64,000 nt of DNA, taken from NCBI RefSeq assembly GCF_009914755.1, contig NC_060928.1; one strand, given 5' to 3'. This DNA comes from the human T2T-CHM13v2.0 reference genome, Homo sapiens. A model generated the notes under the pieces. That model made no database searches. It saw only the letters and a program-made list of their open reading frames with translations, and was not told where the DNA came from. The position numbers were made by a program, and so were the translations under genes. Within the stretch, counting starts at the first letter, position 1. Each line of letters opens with the position of its first letter. Below are positions 1-14,157 of the stretch, one piece after another.

Positions 1-59
1 TTTATAAATTATCCAGTTTCAGATAGTTCTTTATAGCAATGCAAAAACAGACTAATACA
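1..59 (+). mobile_element. 3' end of a MaLR LTR (MST/MLT1 type), cut by the window edge
   Basis: TTTATAAATTATCCAGT...TTATAGCAATGCAAAAACAGACTAATACA matches the MaLR LTR terminus. Confidence 0.85.
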
Positions 60-105
60 ATAGCCAAATCCATTCTGAGAAAAAAGAATAAAACTGAGGA
101 AAGTA
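60..105 (+). mobile_element. Short old L1 ORF2 fragment
   Basis: ATAGCCAAATCCATTCTGAGAAAAAAGAATAAAACTGAGG resembles the L1 ORF2 IAKxILxKKNK segment. Confidence 0.55.
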
Positions 106-398
106 CATTATATATAGATATATCTTTATATAATATAGATATATAGTTCTATATATATGGGAGTTTATTAAGTAGTATTAACTTACACGATCACAAGGTC
201 CCACAATAGGCCATCTGCAAGCTGAGGAGCCAAAAAGCTCCTCGGATGGTGCCCACCCAGATTAAGGTTGAGTCTGGCTTTCCAAGCCCCCTGACTCAAA
301 TGTTAATCTCCTTTGGCAACACACTCACAGACACACCCAGGATCAATACTTTGCATCCTTCAATCCAATCAAGTTGTCACTCAGTATTAACTATCACA
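106..398 (-). mobile_element. MLT2A 3' LTR of HERV-L, internally deleted and missing its distal end
   Basis: Minus strand starts TGTGATAGTTAATACTGAG; colinear with the solo MLT2A at 50621-51164 apart from a central deletion; preceded by a purine tract at 399-412. Confidence 0.92.
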
Positions 399-982
399 AA
401 TCCACCCCTTATCAATTTGAACCCATACACATCTCCTGAGATCATACATAATCTTCAAATAAAGACAATAATATGGTCATAATTATGCCTAACATAATAC
501 AACTATCATTCACACAACTGGAATGCACCAATCCCCAATCAAATTGCTAGTATATAAAGTTAACAATACTTAAATGCTGATATGAAGTCAATAAATCTTA
601 TGTCACATGATAAAGGAAAAGGGAAATAAAATGAAGATTTTCCTTAGCACAAGTGTACACATGGACAAATGTGTTTTTAACAACAGAAGGAAATACTCAT
701 GACAATTACAGTCCTTGTTTCTGCAACTGGTCATGTGGTAGTAGCTGGTATTAATGACTACCTTCTTCCACTACCCATTCTGTATTCCCTTTGACTTCAG
801 CAAGCACCTCAGCAGGTCATTTTTTTTTTTCCTGGTGGAATGACCCAAACCTTTATTCCTGAAGGGTCTGGGTCATTTGTAGTTCTGCCTGGGTTGGGCT
901 GTTTTAGCGTCCCATTGACCTTAATCACTGGGCATGTTAATACTAAGAGATGCCCTAATGGATCTCCTGTATTCAATGCATA

Positions 983-1366
983 CTATTCCTTACCTCTGTG
1001 GTGGAGTAGTAAACTGATTTCGTCCTGATAGTCTGGGTCAATCACCCCAGTCAACACTGTAACTCCCCTCTTAGCATGTTGACTTAAAAGTAGGAGTAGC
1101 CCAAAGTGTCCAGGTGGCAATCTTAACTTGCAGTTTAATGCAATTGTTGTGTCTCCTGGCAGCAGCGTTCCTCCCTCTGGAACTAAGACCTCTAGGCCAG
1201 GAGAACATAATGTCACGGAAACAGGAAGCAAAAATTTTGCTAGTGGATCACTAGGGGTGATGGTGAGTGGTGCCACTTCCACTTCCACCCCTTGATTCCT
1301 GGACCCATGAATCCTGGGTATGGGAAAAACAGTACCACATGGTGGACGCTGATTCAGAGCATACAC
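983..1366 (-). pseudogene. HERV-L integrase C-terminus plus dUTPase-like reading frame
   Basis: 127-aa open frame with LRLPPGHFGLL and GVIDPDYQDEI motifs, lying downstream of integrase as is typical for ERV-L. Confidence 0.85.
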
Positions 1367-1472
1367 AGCCTTCTGGAGAACTCTGCCTCAGCCCTGCAAG
1401 GTATTGTCACCTGGTTGGCATTGTAATTGTGACTTCAAAGGGCCATTCCACCGTTCTATCAATACAGCTGCT

Positions 1473-3895
1473 TCAGGATGATGGGAAACATAGTAAGACC
1501 AGTGAATTCCACGAGCATGAGTCCACGCCATACTTCTTTATCCATAAAGTGAGTGCCTTGGTCAGATCCAATGCTGTGTGGAATAACATGATGGTGGATA
1601 AGTCATTTCGTGAGTCCATGATGGTAGTCTTGGCAGAAGCATTGTGTGCAGGAGAGGAAAATGCATATCCAGAGTAAGTGTTTATTCCAGTGAGGATAAA
1701 CCTCTGCCCTTTCCATGATAAAATAGGTCCCATATAATCAACCTGCCACCAGGTAGCTGGCTCAACACCCTGAGGAATACTGCCGTATCAAGGGCTCAAT
1801 GTTGGTCTCTGCTGTTGGCAAACTGGGTACTCAGCAGTGGCCATAGCCAGGTCAGCCTTGGTGAGTGGAAGTCCATGTTGCTGAGCCCGTGCATAACCTC
1901 CATCCCTGCCACCATGGCCACTTGTTTACGGGCCCATTGGGTGATGACAGGGTGGCTAGAGAAAGAGGCTGAGTGGTGTCCACAGAATGGGTCATCCTAT
2001 CCACTTGATTATTAAAATCCTCTGCTGAGGTCACCCATGGGTGAGCACTCACATGGGATACAAACATCTTCACAGTTTTTGACCACTCAGAAAAGTCCAT
2101 CCACACACCTCTTCCCCACATTTCTTTGTCACCAATTTTCCAATCATGCTTCTTCCATGTCCATGACCATCTAGCCAAACCATTCACTATGGCCCATGAA
2201 TAAGTATATAATAGCACGTCTGGCCATTTCTCCTTCCACGCAAAGTGCACAACCAGGTGCATTACTGGAAGTTCTGCCCACTGGGAAGATTTCTCTTCAC
2301 CACTGTCCTCCAGGGATGTTCTAGAAAGGGGCTGTAGTGCTACAGCTGTCCACTTTTGGGTGGTGCCTGCATATTTTGCAGAATCATCTGTGAACCAGGC
2401 TCTAGTCTTCTCTTCCTTTGTCAACTGATCATAGGGGATTCTTCATGAGGCCATTGGTGTGGGCTGAAGGAGAGAAGGCAGGGTGGCAGGAGTGGCAGGA
2501 GTGGAGACCATGGTCATTTGAGCCACTTCCTCAAGTAATTTACCTGTGCCTTACGTACTTCAGGACCTGCTCGACCCTGATCACATATATACCACTTCCA
2601 TTTGATGTTGGAATGCTGCTGTCCAAAATCCACTTTATGGCTAGATGGGTCAGAAAGCACCCAGTTCATGATAGGCAGATCAGGTCTCATGGTGACTTGA
2701 TGACCCATAGTCAAACATTCAGTTTCCACCAAAGCCCAGTAACAGGCCAAGAGCTGTCTCTCAAAAGGAGAGTGGTTATCTGCAGAAGATGGCAGGACCT
2801 TGCTCCAAATCCTAAAGGCCTCCACTGTGATTCACCTATGGGGACCTGCCAAAGGCTCCAGACAGCATCCCTGTCTGCCACTGACACCTCAAGCACCATT
2901 TGATCTTCCGGGTCATATGGCCAAAGAGGCAGAGCAGCTTGCACAGGAGCCTGGACCCATTGCAGAGCCTTCTCCTGTTCTGGACTGTACTCAAAACTGG
3001 CAGCCTTTCAGGTCACTCAATAAATGAGCCAGAGTAACATACCCAAATGAGGAATGTGTTGCCTCCAAAATCCAAATAGATCCACTAGGTGTTATGCCTC
3101 TTTCTTGGTTTTAGAAGGGGCCAAATGCAGCAACCTGTGCTTTACTTTATCACTTATCCTTGGTGTGGAGCCTGTCAAGATAGAAGGACTATCTCGACAG
3201 TCCCCATACCACTGGACCCCTAGAAATTTTACTGAGGTAGAAAGTCCCTGAACTTTAGTCAGATTTATTTCCCATCCTCTGGCTCACAGATGTCTCACCA
3301 ATAAGTCCAGTATGTTTGCTACTTCTTGCTCACTGCATCCAATCAATGTAATTTCATCAGTGTAATGGACCAGTGTGATATCTTGTGGAACCAAAAAGTG
3401 ATCAAGCTCTCTCCAAATAAGATTATGACACAAAGCCAGAGAGTTGATATACCTCTGAGGTAGGAGAGTAATGGTATATTTCTGGCCTTTTCAGCTGAGG
3501 GCAAATTGCTTCTGGTGGGCCTTATGTATGGGAAACGAGAAAAAGGCATTTGACAAGTCAATGGCTGCATACGAGGTACCAGGAGATGTGTTAATTTGCT
3601 AAAGCAATGAAACCACATCTACAGCAGATGCAACTGGAGTCACCATTTGGTTAAGTTTATGATAATCCACTGTCATTCTCCAGGATCCATCTGTCTTCTG
3701 CACAGGCCAAATGGGAGAGTTGAACAGGGATGTGGTGGGAATCACCACCCCGCGTTTTTCAAGTCCTTCATGGTGGCAGGCAGTAATCTCCACAATCCCT
3801 CCAGGGATACAGTATTGTTTTTGATTTATTATTCTTCTAGGTAGAGGCAGCTCTAATGGCTTCCATTTGTCCTTTCCTGCCATAATAGCCCTCAC
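1473..3895 (-). pseudogene. HERV-L pol (RT, RNase H, integrase), multiply frameshifted
   Basis: ORF fragments 3599-3895, 2711-2944, 2514-2825, 1852-2424 and 1473-1733 are consecutive pol pieces in different frames. Confidence 0.9.
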
Positions 3896-3993
3896 CCTAC
3901 CAGTCAGGGAGCCAATGTGGGGGTTCTGCCAGCTACTAAGTATGTCTCAGCCAATTATGCATTCTGGCACCGGGGAAATTACCACAGATGAGT

Positions 3994-4168
3994 CCAAGGT
4001 GATAAATACTTTGCATGGTTGGGGCAAAGTTCTCTAGAAAGCCACGTATGCTTTAAATCATCGTCCAATACATGGTGTTGTTTCTCCCGTAGGTAGGATT
4101 CACGGGTCCATGAGTCAAGGGGTAGAAGTTGAAATGGCACCACTCACCGCCACTTCCATTTCCACTCC
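3994..4168 (+). mobile_element. Inverted ERV-L integrase-end fragment with a fold-back tail
   Basis: Homologous to the reverse complement of about 1262-1412; 4149-4168 matches 1272-1291 in direct orientation. Confidence 0.85.
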
Positions 4169-4169
4169 A

Positions 4170-5048
4170 ACATATTGAAAATATGTGATGGGCTTGTTGA
4201 AGTACTAAAGCTGTGTTCATTCATAACATAATAAGAAATGACTGCAGTTTATAAAATCAAAGAGAGACTTTTGAGACCAGAAAACTGCTATTAGTTAGGC
4301 AGATGACTCTGGAGGAAACATTTTAAAAAGCCACCTAGCAGAATGCCTAGTCATCCCTAGAGGATTCACTTCCTAGTCTCTCAGCTGCTTCTCATGTTTC
4401 TTCTCACCTAAAAAGTAAAATACAGTTTAGAGTAACCTTTTCATCAAAACACACCATAGTGGATGAAGACTAAAAGCTGGCCATGTTTGTTGTTCTGTTG
4501 TTTAACAGCTGATACAAGTATCTGGTGATGCTACTGCACTGCTTAGTTACGCTGAACACATTGTTTTTAACTTTATTAGAGGTATATATTTTTTACTGTT
4601 AAGTACTTAAGTGTAACAAAATAGTTATTGGTAACTTATAAACTCAGAGTCAGGAATAACAGTGATGCCAGACAATCACAGATTATCCACATGGGTGGCT
4701 GAGATAGTGGCACCTTTGCTTTCTGTTAGTTCAATGTACATAAACATTGTTTCTTACACAAAATTATTTAAAATACTGTGTAAAATTACCTTCAGTACAT
4801 ATGTATATATACATACGAATTACCTTCAGTAATGCATATATATTCATATAAAATTACCTTCAGTATATATGTATATATATATAATGCATAAAATAAGTTT
4901 TCTGTTTAGACTTGGGTCTCATTCTAAGATATTTGCATATACATATGATATCTCATGCATATGCAAATATTTCTAAATTTAAAAATTGAATCTAAAATTC
5001 AAAACACTTCTAGTCCTAAATTTAAATAAGGGATACTAACTAAACCTG
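4170..5048 (+). mobile_element. Tigger4 (Zombi/MER46 family) DNA transposon, 3' part
   Basis: Ends AAAACACTTCTAGTCC...ATAAGGGATACT...AACCTG followed by TA, the Tigger4-type terminal inverted repeat. Confidence 0.8.
4783..4885. repeat. Three-copy minisatellite of about 33 bp (AATTACCTTCAGTA plus AT spacer)
   Basis: AATTACCTTCAGTA occurs three times in tandem. Confidence 0.9.
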
Positions 5049-5133
5049 TATGTACACACATACATATATATGTACCTGCAAACATATCTATTATCCTATT
5101 GGTTCTGTTTCTCTGAAGAACCCTGACCCATAA
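5049..5133 (+). mobile_element. MLT2 (ERV-L) LTR 3' terminal fragment
   Basis: TATCCTATTGGTTCTGTTTCTCTGAAGAACCCTGAC matches the MLT2 LTR end. Confidence 0.75.
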
Positions 5134-5639
5134 AGAGGTTGCATCATTCAAATAGAGCCAAAGTGATTCCTCAGTGATAGGGCATTACTTTAGAATTTGA
5201 ATATTCTGATTTAACACAATCCAGCCCCAAAAATGCAGTTACAGGCTCTGCTGTACTCATCACAGTGCCTTGCATAATAAACATCACAATAAATGTAATT
5301 GAAATGCATATTTAAAAAATTTACTCTATTAATACATAATACTTTCTATGCATATTTAAGCAGAATTATATAGCCTATCCACTATTTAATAAATCATTTG
5401 CTCAAGCAACTGTTTATATGAGAAAAAAATTACATCCAAATAAAACATATATACAAGAATTGGATCCAGCTCAGTCACAGTTTAAAACAAAAAAGCACAA
5501 TCTTAAAAAAATTATATAAAAAATGTTTAAATGTGTTTATGAGTCCACAGTTAGACTGCATTTTTAAGAAGACACAAATCATCTGAAAGGAAAAGATAAG
5601 AAAAATTAACCACACTGCAATTTAAAACATTTACACAGA

Positions 5640-7491
<1,852 letters not shown>

Positions 7492-7854
7492 AAAACCTAA
7501 AAATCTCAAAACAATTCTAGGTAGGGCTTATGAATATATACACATGAAATCTGAAATTAAGATTTAATAAAATATGATGTAGAATACATTAATTTATATG
7601 TTATTCTGTATGTTGAAATTGCTTATATTTTTAAGAAAAAGGTCTAAGAAAAAGGTATTTTTAAAAAACATTTTTAGCCAGGAAATCATGTCGTAAGTTG
7701 AAAAGTTGCAAGAATTGAAGCTTGATTAATGCATAATCTGAGGTCAAAAGAACTGTGTGTTTCGGATGGGTTTACTAATTTAAACATATGTTTCTTAGAA
7801 GAATGCCTTAATTTGTTATGAGTGGTTTAAAATTACTACAAAAAATATATTATC

Positions 7855-8257
7855 TGTATTAGTTGGTTCTCACACTGTTACAAAGAAATAGCTGAGACAG
7901 GGTAATTTGTAAATAAAAGCAGTTTGATTGGTTCACAGTTCCGCAAGCTGTACTGGAAACATGATGCTGGCATCAGCTCGGCTTCAGGCGAGGCCTCGGG
8001 AAACAAAAGCATGGTGGAAGGTGAGGGGAAACAGGCACATCTTACATGGCTGGTGTAGGAGGAAGAGAGAGAATGGAGAGGTGCCACACACTTTTCAACA
8101 ACTAGATTTCTTGAGCACTCACTCACTATCACTAGAGCTGCACCTAGCAGGAAATCTGCCCCCATGATCCAATCACCTTTCACCACCCCCACCTCCAACA
8201 TTAGGGATTACAGTTCAGCATGAGATTTGAGTGGAGACACAGATCCAAACCATATCA
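7855..8257 (-). mobile_element. MSTA/MSTB solo LTR (ERVL-MaLR)
   Basis: Termini TGTATTAG... and ...CCAAACCATATCA; 5-bp target duplication TTATC/TCATC. Confidence 0.92.
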
Positions 8258-9206
8258 TCATCCAAGAGCTTGTCATATAAGTTAAGACATCATTTACATT
8301 TTATTTCATACTAGGAATATTTAATGAAAACTCTTAAATATTTATGATTTTAAGAATGTATATAATATTCTTATGATATAACACAGTAGTATCTATATAA
8401 CATAATTTCTTACTGGAGAAGTATAGTTTAATTTTAAAAAGACATCAACTAATTCTGACACCATAGTTACCTGTACTTCCAAAAAAAATTCCTAATTGAC
8501 CAAAGAACAGGATCAAGCTTTAACCATAGGAAAATATATGAGCACTTAGAAAGTATCTAAATCAATCGATATTGAGCCCAAACCCAATGACAGGATGCCT
8601 TTAGGTCCAGTATATGTCAATGTTTGTATGTTCTATGTTTTCCATTTTATATGTATTTAAGCCCAATGGAGAACATTTCTCAATTCAAGAGAACATGTAC
8701 ATTTTTTAAACAAACAAAAACTTACAATACTTAATAAATATTTTATACTGCCCTTAACTTGGTGACCATGAATAAATTGTATATCTTTGCTATGAATATG
8801 CCTTTTATGTGACTTTCCTGAAACTTGGATTTATCTATGATAATAAAGAATTATTCATTTTATTTCTTGACTTGGAGTTAGGCTCTGTAAGCACAGTAAG
8901 TCTGGAAAAGAATAACCATGAAATAGGAAAGGAAGTTTTTGTACTATTCTCAGTAGGACCAATAATGCTCTTTCAAAGTTTTAAAAATAATAATTTTTCA
9001 AAAATTTCAGAAATAATAATAGGAATTTTATTTCACCTATATCAGAAATGATGCATGTGAAAATCATGTCACAGTTTTCATTGTCTGGTATCAAATTTGT
9101 TCATATTTTACTTATAGTCAAACACTATATTAATATGAATATACTCAATGCAATACCAGAGAAAGTAATTCAATTACCAAAAATATTATAAACATATATT
9201 CATTTA

Positions 9207-9332
9207 AGCTACTTGGGAAGCTGAGGTGGGAGGATCGCTTAAAGCCCAGGAGGCTGAAGCTGTGGTGAGTCATGATCTTGCCACTGCTCTCCAGCCTGGG
9301 CAACAGAGCAAAGAGATCCTGTCTCAAAGAAA
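9207..9332 (+). mobile_element. AluJ/FRAM right-arm fragment
   Basis: GCTACTTGGGAAGCTGAGGTGGGAGGATCGCTT...CCAGCCTGGGCAACAGAGC. Confidence 0.9.
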
Positions 9333-10119
9333 GATATATTTAAAAATACGTTACTCATCAGAAATTGTTTACCAGGCTAGTTTCCCTAGTAAATGACACA
9401 ATTACTTCCCAAAGAGACTTGGTTTGGTTGTATTTATTTTCCTCTCCACAACTCATGTAATAGGAGTTCCTATAATTTTTTAATCTTCCAGTTCACAGCA
9501 ATATTCTGATCAGCAGTAAAAGTAGCTTTTCTCATTTGACAATTTTCTAGAATAATATTAAAGAAATTTCTATCTTAATTGTATTTATTTAGCTTGTTTC
9601 TTTGTTTGCTTATTTTTCACTGAAGTATAGCAATAACATCAAATTGAGACATATTTAGACCAGGCAATTTTAGCCACTGAGATGAAACTAGGAACAGAAA
9701 ATGAACGACAATAGCAATTCCCGCTTCTCAATTGGTAGGAAAAATTATTACCAGTTCTTGAGCAAAGCTAATTCGATACACCTGTGACTTAGTGACTTAA
9801 TAGGCTAAATTTTGTTGAATTTTTGAGAAATACTGAAAAAGAATAAAAACATTTAAGTGAAAGTTTGAAGATAATACTTAGAAATTAATAATCTCACAAT
9901 TTCTGATAATTTGTATATTTTGATAGCTGTGGTTTTGGTGAAGAATAAATTTGAGAAGATAAAATCAGTTGATATGTTATTTAGCAGAAAGTTAAAAATT
10001 TTTAGTATAAAACAAAAATAAGTGTGTGTGTGTGTATGTGTATATATATATATATTATTTTCATCTATGGTATCTACTTTATTGTTAATCCCATCAAATT
10101 GAGGCCCACATGCAAAATA

Positions 10120-10240
10120 GATTCAGTTTTACTCACTGAGCCCCTACTATACGCTAGACTCTATTACAGTGTCTGTGTACATGGCAATAAGAAAACTATA
10201 CAAAGTCTCTACCCTCATAGAGATTACATTCTTTTAGAAG
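10120..10240 (-). mobile_element. L2 3' fragment
   Basis: ACTGAGCCCCTACTAT...TCTCTACCCTCATAGAGATTACATTCT resembles the antisense L2 3' end. Confidence 0.55.
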
Positions 10241-10429
10241 AGGTGGAAATCAAACATTTTGAAATATCCTACGCACACACAATAGCGAGATTTAATATCT
10301 GAAATCTGCTTCCCATTTCTTTTCAGGTATTAATGCATTAACAGGCATTTAATTCACCTTCCTACCCAAAATTTAGCCCACTCTAAACAACTGAGGGAAG
10401 TAAATATATGAAACATTATTTTTAAATAT

Positions 10430-11200
10430 AGGATTACAGGCAGACCAGGGCAGTGATGAGCCTTATAATTGCCCATGCTTACTATCTGGACAGAGCTTCC
10501 AGTGAGGAAACTATACAAGGCCAGGCAAAGACCACCAGAAATGATACAAGAGTAATAAGCTCCAGAATTCATAAAGGACTGGGATTGGTTCCTGTTCACA
10601 TGAGCCAGAGTGGAAAAGCCTCCTAACACATGGGGCATCAAATAGAGTCCTCAGAAAAGTATTACCTCAGTAGTGGGGCCAAATTAACCTTAGACTAAGA
10701 TGTTACTCTGAATTTTGCTTAACAAAGCTTAAACTCAGCCTTAAAAAGATCATCAAGTTGTTTCTAAGTAACTTAACTGTGTTCCAGAAAAGAATTCAAA
10801 CGTATAAAGAAATACAAAAATTCTAGCACTCAACAAAGCAAAATCGTCAATGTATATAGCATTCAATTAAAAATTGCAGGGAAGGTACAAAATAGAAAAA
10901 AAATAAGTTCTCTAATGAGATAAAAAAGCAGTCATTAAAAACAGTCTCAAGAATGACACATATAGATTTAGACACATGTAGGTTTAGAAGACAATGATGC
11001 TAAAAAAAAACTATCACCAATATATTACATATAATCAAGGAGGAAAAGGAAAAATATGCATTTTATAGAAAAACATGAAAGATATTTTTAAAGATGCAAT
11101 TGAACACCTAGAGATGAAAAATGCAGTACCTGAGATAAAAATATTTAAGATGAGATTAACAATAAATTAGACACCAAAGATGAAAAGAATAGTCATTTTC
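10430..11200 (+). mobile_element. Ancient L1M 5' region/ORF1 fragment
   Basis: A-rich ORF1-like tract (CTAGAGATGAAAAATGCAGTACCTGAGATAAAA...AAATTAGACACC) preceded by L1M 5' UTR-like sequence. Confidence 0.6.
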
Positions 11201-11254
11201 AAATAGAAGCCTTTCTTGAAAACTCCCTTGCCTATGTGCACCTGTGAAATTTTC

Positions 11255-11766
11255 AATGATTCCTACATGAAAAGCCAAAACTCTCATTATGGCCTCAAAA
11301 TCCTGCATGATACATGTCCCACCTATTTCCAAACCCCATCATGCATCATGGTCCCCTTATACTCAGCAAGCTTTAAGTGTGTTGCCCTTTTCTCAACTCC
11401 CTGAAGTTAAAGATGTATCAATTGCTATTGTTCCATCTTCCAAACATTCACCACCACTCCCAATTGCCTCTCATTTTCTTCTAGCTAATTTTAAAAAATA
11501 TTTCCTCCAGCAGCATTTCCTCAGGGAAGCACTTCTTGACTCTACAGATTAGGCTATATCTCTCTACCATCTACTCTTAGAGCTCCTGTGTTTATTCCAT
11601 TTTTGAATTTATGACTCAGTTGTAATTTCATATTTTTTTCTGTTATTGTATCATTAGGTGCTCATATTTTCCACTATTGTGTGAGTCATAAGGGTAGAAA
11701 ATACGTCATATTTTCTTTGCCAGTGAATTCCCAGTATCTAGCACACTTCTTGACACATATTAAGTA
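11255..11766 (+). mobile_element. L2 LINE 3' part, interrupted by MER44
   Basis: TTCCTCAGGGAAGCACTTCTTGAC and CCCAGTATCTAGCACAC motifs; tail resumes after 12494. Confidence 0.75.
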
Positions 11767-12493
11767 CAGTAGTCCCCCTTTATCTTTGGGGGAAACATTC
11801 CAAGACCCCAGTGGAGTTTTGAAACCACAGATAGAACTAACAATACAATTGCCAGCAATTAAAACACCATTCTGTTCATCTTTTCCACCCACAAATTTAA
11901 TAGTCCTTTCCATCTTGACTAAGCACTGATTACACATTGCGGTTGTAACTTTTGCAGTTTGAGGTGTGACAACAAAATTAGTACAAATTTCTTTCTTTTT
12001 CTTCACAATTTCATGGATAGATTTTCTTCCTTACCATAAATCTTAGAAGCCTCAGCATACAATTTTTTTCTTTCCTTATGAAGTCAAGAACCTTGACATT
12101 TTCATTTAAAAAAGTATTTCGTGGCTTTTCTTTGACATATCCAAATTGCCAGCAGCACTAGTCTTGTATTTTAAGATCGTTAAGTAAAATAACGGTTACT
12201 GGAACACAAGCACTGTGATATCTTGAAGGCTAATCTGATAACCCATAACTACTGAATGACTAACATATGCAGCATGGATACATTGGACAAAGGCATGATG
12301 CACGTTGGTGGTGGGATGGAGCTGCATGATGTAAATTCACCATGACACTCAGAACAGCATACAGTTTAAAATTTGTAAAGTGTTTATTTCTTGAATTTTC
12401 TATGTAATTTTTTCAGACTACCAGGGTAGTCTAAAAACCATGGAAAATGAAACTGCAACTACTGAAAATGAAAAATGAAAATGGCAACTACTG
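11767..12493. mobile_element. MER44/Tigger7-family DNA transposon
   Basis: TA-CAGTAGTCCCCCTTTATC start and ...CTACTG-TA end (inverted termini, TA duplication). Confidence 0.8.
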
Positions 12494-13062
12494 TAGTCAA
12501 TAAGTTTTTAAAAAACAATATATGATTTTAAGTAATGATTTTTTGTTCAGTTAAAATGTGAATGAAATCTCTTCTGCATTCAATGTGATTATGCAGGTAC
12601 ATACTTCTTCATTAGGATTTAGGCCCCAACTCGATTCATTTTCTGTATTTGAATTTGTTATTCCTATGAGGTAATGTCTCAGAAATATTAAATCACTTAC
12701 CAAGACACACACAGTAAGCTCAAGTTAAAAGAGACTCACATTCTACTTAAAATCTTATTAAAGCATAATAAATGAAATACATTGGAATATAAAAGTATAG
12801 ATATCCAAAATGCTAAAAGTCTTACATTTTATAAAATTTTGTTTATGGTCAGAGCTTAATTTAATATGGTGTAATAGTTAAATCTCATAAAATTAGCTAA
12901 TAATATCTAGATCTAAAAGTAACTTGCTTCTCCTTATTGAATTATACAGTCCATGCTTGAAAAAGTAATTATGCATTCAAATTCCTACACATGTAAATAA
13001 TTTCAGACTTAAGAGTAAAATTTAGTGAGGATGCTAGACAATATATACTACGTACTAAAATA

Positions 13063-13563
13063 TGTATTCTTCTTCTACTCTTTTTGATTATCAGGAAGGT
13101 CTCTGTTACAAAAGGTTAACAAGAGAAAAGCATAAAAATTTAAAAGTTTTACATAACACAAGGGCCTTCATAAAACAACGAAGACCCAAAGAAATTGTTA
13201 AACCTGAGTGTTTTTATACTAGGTTTGATGAAGAGTGGAAAGTCCTGGAAAAATATGGTAGGACAAACAGGGCATGAGCTAAGAGTAAAAAACTGGGGAA
13301 AATTTAGCAATCCTTGCTCTTTTGGATTTGGATCTCTCTTGACATCCTTCCATCTTTAGAGACAGGATGCTCCTTTCCTCCAGGTATTGGGAGGGAATCT
13401 CTTACATGAGGGTCCTATGACCCACTTAAGGGGAGAAGGGAGAAAGAAGGAAAGTCAGAGACTCCTTTCTGCATCTGCCTTTTGTTTCTCAAATTCCTTC
13501 AGCTTAAAATCTTCAATATGCCAATGTGCCACATTTTGGAGTAGCATATCCTGAACCTCATCA
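13063..13563 (-). mobile_element. MER34/MER39-like ERV1 solo LTR
   Basis: Ends CAGCTTAAAATCTTCAATATGCC...ATTTTGGAGTAGCATATCCTGAACCTCATCA. Confidence 0.65.
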
Positions 13564-13705
13564 AACAACTTCCACTGGAAAAGATCTAAGAAGACTTCAC
13601 ATTTCAAAACTTAAAATGTCACAAGAATTTCTAACAAAGGAGTGTCAGTAGACACAACAAAAGCCAGATTAACAACCTGATTAACAATCAGAAATATATT
13701 ATACA

Positions 13706-14038
13706 GGCCGGGTACAGTGGCTCACACCTGTAATCCTGGCACTTTGGGAGGCTGAAGCAGAAGGATGGCTTGAAGTCAGGAGTTCAAGATCAGCCTCAGC
13801 AACATAGGGAAATCCTTTCTCCAAAAAAAATTTAAAAAACAAAAAATTAGCAAGCCACTGTGACACATACCTACTTGGGAAGCTGAGGCAGGAGAATTCC
13901 TTGAACCTAGGAGTTCAAATTTGTGGTGAGCTATGATTGCACCATTGCACTCCAGGCTATGTGACAGAGTTACAGAGTTAGACCTTCTCTCCAAAAAAAA
14001 AAAAAAAAAAAAAAAAAAAAGAAAGAAAGAAAGAAAAG
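13706..14038 (+). mobile_element. AluJ with long poly(A)/(GAAA)n tail
   Basis: Dimeric Alu with J-type GGATGGCTTGA and GTGAGCTATGATT. Confidence 0.95.
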
Positions 14039-14157
14039 AAATTTATATAATGGTACATCTAAAATTATTCAAAGTTAAAAAAGGAAAGATTTACAGAAGA
14101 AACAATAAAATAAAATGTAAGAAAATACAACTTAGAATAATAAAATTTCTTAAACTA

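Larger units (their letters stand above)
399..3995 (-). mobile_element. HERV-L internal region (protease end, RT, RNase H, integrase, dUTPase, 3' UTR); gag and 5' LTR absent
   Basis: Broken minus-strand ORFs: NSPIWPVQKTDGSWRMTVDYHKLN (RT), WFTDDSA/SSQWAEL (RNase H), FILTGINTYSGY (integrase), LRLPPGHFGLL/GVIDPDYQ (dUTPase). Confidence 0.96.

Noticed and set aside
4783-4885. CRISPR-like repeat-spacer pattern
   Set aside because: Only three 14-bp repeats with mutually similar AT spacers inside a Tigger element; it is a minisatellite.
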